Assembly (NCBI GenBank): GCA_964468155.1
Contig: CAYXUF010000002.1
Span: forward strand, 37,465 to 101,464
Direction of reading: 5' to 3'
DNA length: 64,000 nucleotides
Source of the DNA: an uncultured Treponemataceae bacterium
Lineage (GTDB): Bacteria > Spirochaetota > Spirochaetia > Treponematales > Rectinemataceae
The translations under genes were made by a program, and so were the position numbers. Below are positions 57,067-64,000 of this stretch, piece by piece (position 1 is the first letter of the stretch; the number at the start of each line of letters is the position of its first letter). The notes under the pieces are model-generated. The model had not been told where the DNA came from. It did no database searches and saw nothing but the letters and a program-made list of their open reading frames with translations.

Positions 57067-58182
57067 CTAGCATGAGTGCATGATGGGAAGAGAGCGTTTC
57101 AAATCATTAAGGTAGGAATTGTGAGGATGCAACTTCTCATGCTGGAGCCGGCCAAGCACGATCGCGGGTGCAATACCGCATTCTTGCGCAAAGTGCTCTA
57201 TCGATTCGCGTGTAAAATTATCGCCTTTACGGGTAAAAGACTCCCACGCTACATCTGGTATGAGAAAACTCCTTGAAAAAGCATCCGCTTCCTTTTCGAT
57301 TTCACTTTGAGGCCCGTCTGATTCTATAAAGAGCTTCACACTCCCATGGTGGATAATGTGTGCGGCTTCATGAAAGAAAGAGAACCAGAAGATATCCTCT
57401 GTCTTCCCCTTGCAGGAGAAGACCATGAGGGGACGATCTTTGGAGAGCCATCGCACCGCGCCATTCACGTGAGCACCTTTTATAAGAGGTACAAAGGCAA
57501 CTCGAACGCCGCATGAACCACATAAGTTGATTAAAGAATTAACAATGTCTGTCGTTTCTAGCCGAGTAAGTTCCTTGGCTTCTTGGATTACTTTCTTGAA
57601 GCGGCCTTTATCGAAGGGAGGGCATTCCAGCTTCAGCGCTTCGAGCTCCGCTTTTCGGAGATAGGTAGCCAGTGAGAAACTATCAGAACTATGTTTTTGA
57701 GAATCCCGTAGCGTAGCTTCGAGGTTCATTTTCCCCCAGATAGCTTCCCAATCATCTGGCCCATTAACGCCGAAGTAAGTAAGTAAACAATCAAGAATCA
57801 ACTCTGGTCGGTGCCTCTCAGGAAGCCAGCCTTTATTCATCATGTCACGAATGCAGGAAAAGTTTTTAAGCCAAGGAACAAGACTTGTGAGCCTCTCGGC
57901 TTCCTTGAGCCGTGCTACTGACTCATCATACTCCCTTTGACGGTTGTTCCAAAATGCAGCGGAGACACCGAAGACTCGTTCGAGCTGGATAGCCGTATCG
58001 GGGGTTATGGCGGTCTTCCCCTTAAGGATTTCATTGATAGTCTTTCGCGGCCTACCAATGCGCTCACATAGTTCCGCCTGCGTCATTCGTCGCTCTTCGA
58101 GAAGTTCTGCGAGTGTATCACCAGGAAGGCTTACGATTTCTGGATTGTACTCGTTAGAAAATTCATTCGTCATGATAGTCAA
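57067..58182 (-). CDS. HigA-like XRE-HTH antitoxin fused to an ImmA/IrrE (M78) zinc metallopeptidase domain
   Basis: HTH MTQAELCERIGRPRKTINEILKGKTAITPDTAIQLERVFG. HExxH motif in FFHEAAHIIHH with a downstream E (EKEAD). Overlaps the toxin gene stop. Confidence 0.85.
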   Translation of the reverse strand: MTIMTNEFSNEYNPEIVSLPGDTLAELLEERRMTQAELCERIGRPRKTINEILKGKTAITPDTAIQLERVFGVSAAFWNNRQREYDESVARLKEAERLTSLVPWLKNFSCIRDMMNKGWLPERHRPELILDCLLTYFGVNGPDDWEAIWGKMNLEATLRDSQKHSSDSFSLATYLRKAELEALKLECPPFDKGRFKKVIQEAKELTRLETTDIVNSLINLCGSCGVRVAFVPLIKGAHVNGAVRWLSKDRPLMVFSCKGKTEDIFWFSFFHEAAHIIHHGSVKLFIESDGPQSEIEKEADAFSRSFLIPDVAWESFTRKGDNFTRESIEHFAQECGIAPAIVLGRLQHEKLHPHNSYLNDLKRSLPIMHSC

Positions 58183-58468
58183 TCACCTCAAGGATGAGAA
58201 CTGCGGTCACCTTTTCTAATTCAAGATGGCCATTTATTGTAAGTGGAACAGGGTTCCCAAGTGGACGATACACAAGTCGATATGGCTCTTCGATATGACA
58301 ACCCCACGTACCTGCTCGGTTCGCTTTTAAGATATGGTGCTTCCCCGGCAACAATACTAGGTCAGCCATAGAAGGAGCTGCTTTCATGTCGTCGAGCCTC
58401 AACTTAAGCTTTCCGGTTGCTTTACCACAACGCTTCCGTATAGAACCATTATCATAGCTGATGTCCAT
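58163..58468 (-). CDS. HigB-like (plasmid maintenance killer protein family) toxin
   Basis: 101 aa. LRLDDMKAAPSMADLVLLPGKHHILKANRAGTWGCHIEEPYRLVY fits the HigB-like toxin pattern. The toxin-first gene order is typical of HigBA. Confidence 0.7.
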   Translation of the reverse strand: MDISYDNGSIRKRCGKATGKLKLRLDDMKAAPSMADLVLLPGKHHILKANRAGTWGCHIEEPYRLVYRPLGNPVPLTINGHLELEKVTAVLILEVIDYHDE

Positions 58469-58509
58469 CTTGTCAAGAGATTTATTAACCCAATGGGTTA
58501 ATAAATCAT

Positions 58510-61500
58510 CTACTCCTTTTGTTTTGTAAAATACTGTTGGACAAGTTCTTGAGCATGTATAGAGAGTTCTCCCGATTCCTCAGTAGTAATTAGCCTGCTA
58601 GGGAAGTTCTTTTCGTACCATCGCTGCTTCTCCTCCCAGTGGGCACGATACTTATCTTGCTCCAATAGTCCAAGATGCTCCCAGTAGTACTCCTGGCCAT
58701 GCCACAAAATGGTGAAGTCAGGAAGATAGAAAGAACCGTCGCGGGCATATAGGGGCTTTTCGTACCAAAATGGGATTTCTCGGTCAAAGAGCATATTTGC
58801 GATGATCACTTCTGACTTAGAGCGAACCATGACATTTGCAAGGCTTCGATGGATACGATATTTCTCGAGAAAGCCCTCAACACGAAGTGCTGCAAGCTCG
58901 TTAGGAACAATGTGCACACCAAAAAGTGAAGAGTTAATGGATTCAAGATGCGAGCTTTCAGGTCGATACATCTTGAGAAGAGGGCCGATATCGCCTTCGA
59001 TGAGAACTGTCGAATGGCGCGTAGCTCTAGTTAAGCCAGTATACAGAAGCTCGGGAGAAAGTAAGGCAGGCTTCTTGGGGATAACAAAGTATACTTGGCA
59101 AAATTCACTCCCTTGAGCCTTATGGACGGATATCGCATAAGCGAGCTCAAGATTGTCCTCAGGCTTTTCACTTTTCTTATCGTAATTGACGGCAAGATGC
59201 TCTTTGCGCGAGAACTTGACCGCGAAACGTTCAAATTTAAAACGCGGCCATAACCATTTGCTCGCCTCATAACCGACAGGTTCCACCATGCCAAGTTCAC
59301 CATTGAAAACATTGACTTTTTCTTGGTTTCGAGTTCGCCAATTGAATGCCATGATTGGCTCACTTTTCCCTCGATTACGGATCTGTATCACTTTATCGAA
59401 GATCGTAATACCGCCTATTGTACCAAGGCGCTTAATATTTCGCGATTGTGCTGCCGACTGGAGTGCAAGATTGAGCGGATTTGTGCCGTAATCCTCATTG
59501 CGATAAGGCGAAAGGACCTGCTGGTAGAGAGGATCAGGAGTTTCTCTCCCTTGAGACCATGCAGCCTTCCAGAGCTCCCAAGGCTTATCAGAGTCGAACT
59601 CTTTCCCTGTTTCTTCCTGCATATCTGCGACTATTTGGGCGAGAAGCTTTTCTTGAAGATCTTGGCCATTTTTCCAGTAAATAACACGTAAATCCTTATC
59701 TACCACTCCGTCAGGAGGCAAATCCTGAAGCCGTTGGAAGAAAAGCTCCGCCGCAAGGCAGTCGTCTTCGCTCTTGTCATTCTGGTTTGATTTTCGCTTG
59801 AAGAGTTCAGCTAGATCGAGAATACCTGTCCCGCAGTCGTTTACACGGTTCTCAAGCTGGCGCAGGTTAATGGAAAGCTCTCCGACATTCTCTACAAGGT
59901 CTCTCTTGAGCCACGCGATGAGATCCGCAAAAATTCGACCTCGCCCTATCGGTGGCAATTGATTTGGATCGCCAACCAGAATGAGACGCTGTACAGCATT
60001 CCAGTTAATTGCTCGAACTAGGCAGGCGAAGAGAGAGAGATCAAGCATAGATGATTCGTCGATAATGAAAGTGGAGATCCCTTCTTCTTTCTTCCCTCCG
60101 TTGCGGCGATAGGTCATGTTTTCGCGGAGCCATCCGCGTTTAGCCAGAAATGAATGGATAGTAAGCGCTTCCTTGCCAGTTTTATCCCTCATCCTATCGG
60201 CGGCCTTGCCCGTTGGCGCGAGTAGGCAGAAACTCGTACCTTGGCCATGGGCTTTCTCGATCGCCTTGATAATTGACTCGACAACCGTCGTCTTACCTGT
60301 CCCTGCGCCACCACAAATCACGGCAACAGGCTTTCGGAAGACTTGATCGCAGATTGAAGCCTGAGCCTCGATCGCTTTCGCGTAGTCAGCGGCAGCATTG
60401 CGCGCTAGAGAACAATCCTGTTTGGTGAGGTAAGCGATCCAGTCAATCGGCCTAAGTGGTGATTTAAATGTAATGTCAGGTAATCCTGCAAGCGCTTTGA
60501 GTTGCCTTTCCACATCGCGCTCGTCTTCGAACACTTCACGAAGATAGAGGTAATCCCGGTCGTTATATCTAGTAAAAACCAGAGCCTGCTCGAGACTTTT
60601 CTTGTCGACGCTCAAATAGCGTTCTGAAAACATCGTTTTCTTCCATTCCGGCTGGAGACTAAGCCTACGGTTGACTTCCTGGAGTACAACTCCTGAAGGG
60701 CGGAAGCTGTGCTTGGTTTCTCTCTTGAGAGCTTCGACGAGTAGGGCTCTGAGTCGTCGCCAGTCGTCGAGTTCCCAGTCATCAACACGACCAATACTAG
60801 GAGAGGGATAGAGACCATGCTCTACCTTGCTGTAAGAAATGCGGTCATCAGGGCCGGAGCCCTCGTATTGCTCGGCAAGGATGAAGGGGTTCCCCTCTAT
60901 CTCTTGAAGCGAAGCCTCTACACTCCAATCTGAGCGCTCTTTGGATAGAATAGTCTCGAACTGTTCCTTTAAAAGGTCAAAACGTGGAAATATACCCGAG
61001 AGAAGCCTACGTTCATCATCGTCCTTCAACTTCCAAGTTCGCTGTACTTTAGATGCGTCCTTTTCAGAAATACTCCAGGGAGTCTGAGCTCCAGGATTTT
61101 CATTAAGCCATTCTACTACTGCGTTCTTGAACTCGACCTCATGTCCTTGCGCAGTCGCTTCCTTGAATCGGACAATACCCTCCCCAAGGCCAAGCATATC
61201 GAGAATCCGGCCAAAGCCTGGATAGAGCCCCCTGCTAGACCATAGTTCTGCAAGAAGTCCATTAAGCCATTCAAGTCGATGCGTCCAATTCTCCGAACTG
61301 TCATGGAGTTCGTCCCGAAGATAAGTAGCCACTTCAATGAAACGCTCAATAATAGAGAGAGCGTCGTCATCAGAAAGCTGCCTTGAAGCATACTTGAAGT
61401 TTCTCTCGTTATCCGGAAAAACAGCCAGTCGTTCAAGTACGTCTGGACGATCATTGTATAGATGATACGGAATTCGAAAGCCTTGGTTGGCGTAGTCCAT

Positions 61501-62106
61501 AGTAACCGGGCGTTCCCACACGAAGCCACCATACTTATCGATATCAGACTGAGGGAGATTGGGATAATGGTAGAGTTCGCCGACCACCGAAATTCGGCTA
61601 ACACCTATAAGGATGTAATGTTTGCTGTCTTCAGATGAAAATGGATTGCTGTAGTTGGCATATAGAAATAATAGGCTTTTACCGATTTCTACAGCATCGA
61701 AATGTGCCTTCACTGCCTCCAAACGTTTTTTCGCGTCGTAGTTTCCATCAGTCTTGACGGCTTCGTCATACATAGCCTCGTAGGGCCATGTACATACAGT
61801 ATAGGGAGGGACATCCCATAAAACGCGTTCCCCGCCAGTAAAGAAATCTGGTGGATCATCGAACATGGTCGCCGGTTCAGGATCGAAGGCATGCGCACTG
61901 AACCCACAAGTGACATCCTGTGTTAGGAGGGCTATGCGTTGTCCAGCGACGCTTGCCTCCCAAGAGCTGTTCTTTCCCTTCGCTATCTTATCACCAGGAT
62001 AGGAATGGGCTCCCTGACAATGGGTATTACATGCGGGATTACGACAGATGCAGCCATTCCAACCGTTGTCGTGCCATGCAACTCTTGCTGAAATGTGTAT
62101 CGCCAT
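58510..62106 (-). CDS. 1198-aa fusion: unknown Cys-containing N-terminal region (aa 1-590), RecD/TraA-like SF1 helicase (aa 590-1040), Vsr/DUF559-like PD-(D/E)xK nuclease (aa 1085-1160)
   Basis: Walker A GGAGTGKTT (K605), Walker B FIIDESSM, LVGDPNQLPPIG, SVHKAQGSEF and YTGLTRAT. The C-terminal SKSE(1099)...LPD(1130)F...YWE(1143)H resembles Vsr-like endonuclease motifs. The N-terminus is ARVAWHDNGWNGCICRNPACNTHC. Confidence 0.85.
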   Translation of the reverse strand: MAIHISARVAWHDNGWNGCICRNPACNTHCQGAHSYPGDKIAKGKNSSWEASVAGQRIALLTQDVTCGFSAHAFDPEPATMFDDPPDFFTGGERVLWDVPPYTVCTWPYEAMYDEAVKTDGNYDAKKRLEAVKAHFDAVEIGKSLLFLYANYSNPFSSEDSKHYILIGVSRISVVGELYHYPNLPQSDIDKYGGFVWERPVTMDYANQGFRIPYHLYNDRPDVLERLAVFPDNERNFKYASRQLSDDDALSIIERFIEVATYLRDELHDSSENWTHRLEWLNGLLAELWSSRGLYPGFGRILDMLGLGEGIVRFKEATAQGHEVEFKNAVVEWLNENPGAQTPWSISEKDASKVQRTWKLKDDDERRLLSGIFPRFDLLKEQFETILSKERSDWSVEASLQEIEGNPFILAEQYEGSGPDDRISYSKVEHGLYPSPSIGRVDDWELDDWRRLRALLVEALKRETKHSFRPSGVVLQEVNRRLSLQPEWKKTMFSERYLSVDKKSLEQALVFTRYNDRDYLYLREVFEDERDVERQLKALAGLPDITFKSPLRPIDWIAYLTKQDCSLARNAAADYAKAIEAQASICDQVFRKPVAVICGGAGTGKTTVVESIIKAIEKAHGQGTSFCLLAPTGKAADRMRDKTGKEALTIHSFLAKRGWLRENMTYRRNGGKKEEGISTFIIDESSMLDLSLFACLVRAINWNAVQRLILVGDPNQLPPIGRGRIFADLIAWLKRDLVENVGELSINLRQLENRVNDCGTGILDLAELFKRKSNQNDKSEDDCLAAELFFQRLQDLPPDGVVDKDLRVIYWKNGQDLQEKLLAQIVADMQEETGKEFDSDKPWELWKAAWSQGRETPDPLYQQVLSPYRNEDYGTNPLNLALQSAAQSRNIKRLGTIGGITIFDKVIQIRNRGKSEPIMAFNWRTRNQEKVNVFNGELGMVEPVGYEASKWLWPRFKFERFAVKFSRKEHLAVNYDKKSEKPEDNLELAYAISVHKAQGSEFCQVYFVIPKKPALLSPELLYTGLTRATRHSTVLIEGDIGPLLKMYRPESSHLESINSSLFGVHIVPNELAALRVEGFLEKYRIHRSLANVMVRSKSEVIIANMLFDREIPFWYEKPLYARDGSFYLPDFTILWHGQEYYWEHLGLLEQDKYRAHWEEKQRWYEKNFPSRLITTEESGELSIHAQELVQQYFTKQKE

Positions 62107-62431
62107 TTTATGATCCTTTATATAGTTATCTAAGAATAGAGTACCCTAATCTATTTGTGACAACAAGCTAGGATATCCACTTTTAACCGCAATATACTCC
62201 TTAACGCTTACCATTGGTCGCGTGTCTGATATTATTACGAGTTACACCTATATAGTAGCCTCTCCCCGATTCAATAGACCAATGGCTTTTTCTGGAACAG
62301 CTTTAACAGCCATCCTCTATTAAAATTTGCATTCCCGTACCTTCCTCTCCTCCAATTACCGATTACTCACGATTTCGAGGGTTGTTTGTGGCGGACTTTA
62401 TATTAGTCAGGTATGAAATTGGAGGGTCCAG

Positions 62432-62671
62432 ATGGAAGGGAAAGAGACTTGGCATCTGTTAAACGTCGAGGAAGCAGCTAGATTTCTTGGGATAGCCATC
62501 CCGACGTTACTACAAAAGAGGCCCGACGTTCCACGCATTCATATTGGCAGACGGGTCCTATTCGATCCTCGCGACCTCGAGGAGTATATTCGCGCCCATC
62601 GAAGCGTTGCTTCGAAAGCCGACAGTTCCACGAATAGCCGAATCAGAACCAATGAGGCTGAATCAGCCTAA
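62432..62671 (+). CDS. Excisionase-family (MerR-like) helix-turn-helix protein
   Basis: LLNVEEAARFLGIAIPTLLQKRPDVPRIHIGRRVLFDPRDLEEYI matches the Xis/AlpA-type HTH pattern. Confidence 0.7.
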   Translation: MEGKETWHLLNVEEAARFLGIAIPTLLQKRPDVPRIHIGRRVLFDPRDLEEYIRAHRSVASKADSSTNSRIRTNEAESA

Positions 62672-62718
62672 GGAGGGTATATGCCGTAGCTAAGATTGAA
62701 GAATTGGGAGGTCAAGCA

Positions 62719-63192
62719 ATGATTTGGGATGGGAACTTGGAACAATCGTCACGCCAGGATGCCTCTAGTGAGGGGGTGACCCAGAGACTGACACAGCTCA
62801 GGGAGAAGAAAGGAGCTGAGGGGAGTTCCATCTCAAACTCGCAACATAGGGTTTCTGACAGGCTACTTGCAGTAACGTGCAGTGACGCCGGGTTTGTCAG
62901 ACAGGGGATATCTGTAGAGCAAGTAATCGAATACTTGGAGACACAGAGCTTCCCTGAGTTAATCCGCCTTCATGAGGATTCTATAGAATCCTCGATCAGG
63001 CGGCTCCCAACGCAGAAGGAGAACCGGAATCCCACCGGTCTTCTCTGGAGCGGGGAGAGGCGCATAGCTTCTAGACGTATAAGAACTCTCTGTCTGAAGA
63101 AGAAAACTACCGAGACTATTATTCCTACTACCGCCACCACCACCGCCCGAGGGATATCTCTCCCCACAAGACCAACAAGACCACAAGACTAG
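62719..63192 (+). CDS. Hypothetical protein with a Thr/Pro-rich C-terminus
   Basis: GGGAGG RBS 7 nt before the ATG at 62719. I recognise no family. Confidence 0.4.
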   Translation: MIWDGNLEQSSRQDASSEGVTQRLTQLREKKGAEGSSISNSQHRVSDRLLAVTCSDAGFVRQGISVEQVIEYLETQSFPELIRLHEDSIESSIRRLPTQKENRNPTGLLWSGERRIASRRIRTLCLKKKTTETIIPTTATTTARGISLPTRPTRPQD

Positions 63193-63259
63193 ATGACCGT
63201 GTTCCTAACCCCCTCCGGTGGTGATTTCACCATCGGAGGGATTCTTTTGGAGGCATGTT

Positions 63260-64000
63260 ATGAAAGCATCAGATTGCCGTCACTCCCAGAAGTCAGGCAG
63301 AAAGAGCCATGTTCATAAAGGAAAAGAGAAGCTTGAGACCCTTCTGAAGGAACATCGGTCAGGAGGAGCCAGTAATGTTCAAGCCGCTCCCCTCCAGGGG
63401 TTCTTATATACGAGGTTCCCGGCGCTAGACCTCCTTACGGGCGGGAAGGGCCTTCCATATGGTACTTCCGTAGTCTGCTATGGTGAGTCAGGTTTTGGCG
63501 TAACTACTCTGCTCCTTACGCTCGCTCGATCCGTCGTTTTCAACACAGGGAAGACTGTTCACTTCTTTGATGGACAAGATGGCTTTCGCACAGCAGAAAT
63601 GATGGGTCTCTTTGAAAAGCCCCTCAATGTTTCCAGCCAATTCGTCTATAAGCGACTCGGGCGCGTCTCTGATCTGGTCGGCGTAATGGATGACTTCTTC
63701 TCTTCAAATGATGAGCTCGCGATCATAGATGGGCTCGATTTCCTCTCAACGCTCTCAGGTGATGAGCGCCCTTGCACCACGAGTCCTGAACTATCCGGGT
63801 CGGTCGATGGGCTCTATGCTCATGTCTTCAAATGGATCCGCGCCCGACTACTTGAGACTGGAAAGATTGTCGTGATAAGTACGAGCTTACGTAATCAATC
63901 TAGCGCCCATTCTTCCGGCACATGCGAATTGGTTCCTGCCTGCCCTAGTGTTATGAAGTACCTTGCGACAATTCAATGCAGGTTGATCAAGAATCTATCG
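63260..64000 (+). CDS. RecA/KaiC-like ATPase-fold protein with a lysine-less P-loop (5' part; runs off the window; not on the ORF track)
   Basis: Own translation: GGAGG, 6 nt, ATG. FPALDLLTGGKGLPYGTSVVCYGESGFGVTTLLLTLA resembles the RecA L..GG.P.G....YG..GSGKTT block but has V in place of K. Walker-B-like ELAIIDGLD. Confidence 0.55.
   Translation, partial: MKASDCRHSQKSGRKSHVHKGKEKLETLLKEHRSGGASNVQAAPLQGFLYTRFPALDLLTGGKGLPYGTSVVCYGESGFGVTTLLLTLARSVVFNTGKTVHFFDGQDGFRTAEMMGLFEKPLNVSSQFVYKRLGRVSDLVGVMDDFFSSNDELAIIDGLDFLSTLSGDERPCTTSPELSGSVDGLYAHVFKWIRARLLETGKIVVISTSLRNQSSAHSSGTCELVPACPSVMKYLATIQCRLIKNLS

Larger units (their letters stand above)
53714..64000. mobile_element. Low-GC genomic island (possibly two tandem modules) abutting a tRNA(CAU) 3' fragment; extends past the window end
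   Basis: Abrupt composition change at about 53.7 kb. A tRNA 3'-half sequence sits at the boundary and again at 56.75 kb. Cargo includes a toxin-antitoxin module, a helicase-nuclease and an excisionase-like HTH. No integrase lies inside the window. Confidence 0.6.

Overview
The window is a densely coding, high-GC segment (about 60-65% judged by eye, not computed). It appears to come from a diderm bacterium, given lipobox signal peptides, an OMP-like barrel ending in F, and a LolA-like protein. From about 53.7 kb to the window end the GC drops clearly (about 40-45% by eye). That stretch is a horizontally acquired island that starts at the 3' fragment of a tRNA with anticodon CAU.

The core region (1-53.7 kb) holds:
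- two tripartite tricarboxylate transporter (TTT, TctABC) loci, one of them in an IclR-linked operon with a 2-hydroxyacid dehydrogenase and an RraA-family protein;
- an M24 peptidase and an SDR epimerase;
- a decayed Bro-N gene next to a bacterial ERCC4-type nuclease;
- an SPFH plus ribbon-helix-helix (RHH) pair, and a DUF523/DUF1722 protein;
- a secreted beta-helix protein;
- a translationally coupled acyltransferase and GPH-family transporter, plus an MFS gene;
- tandem hsp20 genes behind a sigma-54-type promoter;
- an NTF2 / flavodoxin-like lipoprotein / radical SAM (rSAM) / threonine-synthase-like operon, divergent from a TetR / MacB-type ABC / LolA-like / OMP cluster, with a perfect 18-bp palindrome between them;
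- a DOMON plus cytochrome-b-like pair;
- an NCS2 permease, a nitroreductase and an 892-aa orphan protein;
- a low-GC MBL-fold gene flanked by 59-bp perfect direct repeats;
- a CrtI-like/SDR pair;
- an extracytosolic flavoprotein reductase with an FMN-binding partner, and a DsbA-like protein;
- a YtfQRT-YjfF-type sugar ABC transporter.

The island carries two about 170-bp direct repeats, each beginning with the tRNA 3' half. It also carries two secreted phosphoesterases and a HigB-like toxin with a HigA::ImmA/IrrE fusion. Beyond these lie a 1198-aa protein (unknown Cys-containing N-terminal region, RecD-like SF1 helicase, Vsr-like nuclease), an excisionase-like HTH gene and a RecA-like ATPase with a lysine-less P-loop.

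The 1198-aa protein and its toxin-antitoxin neighbours are my best candidate for an undescribed system. I found no rRNA genes, intact tRNA genes or CRISPR arrays.
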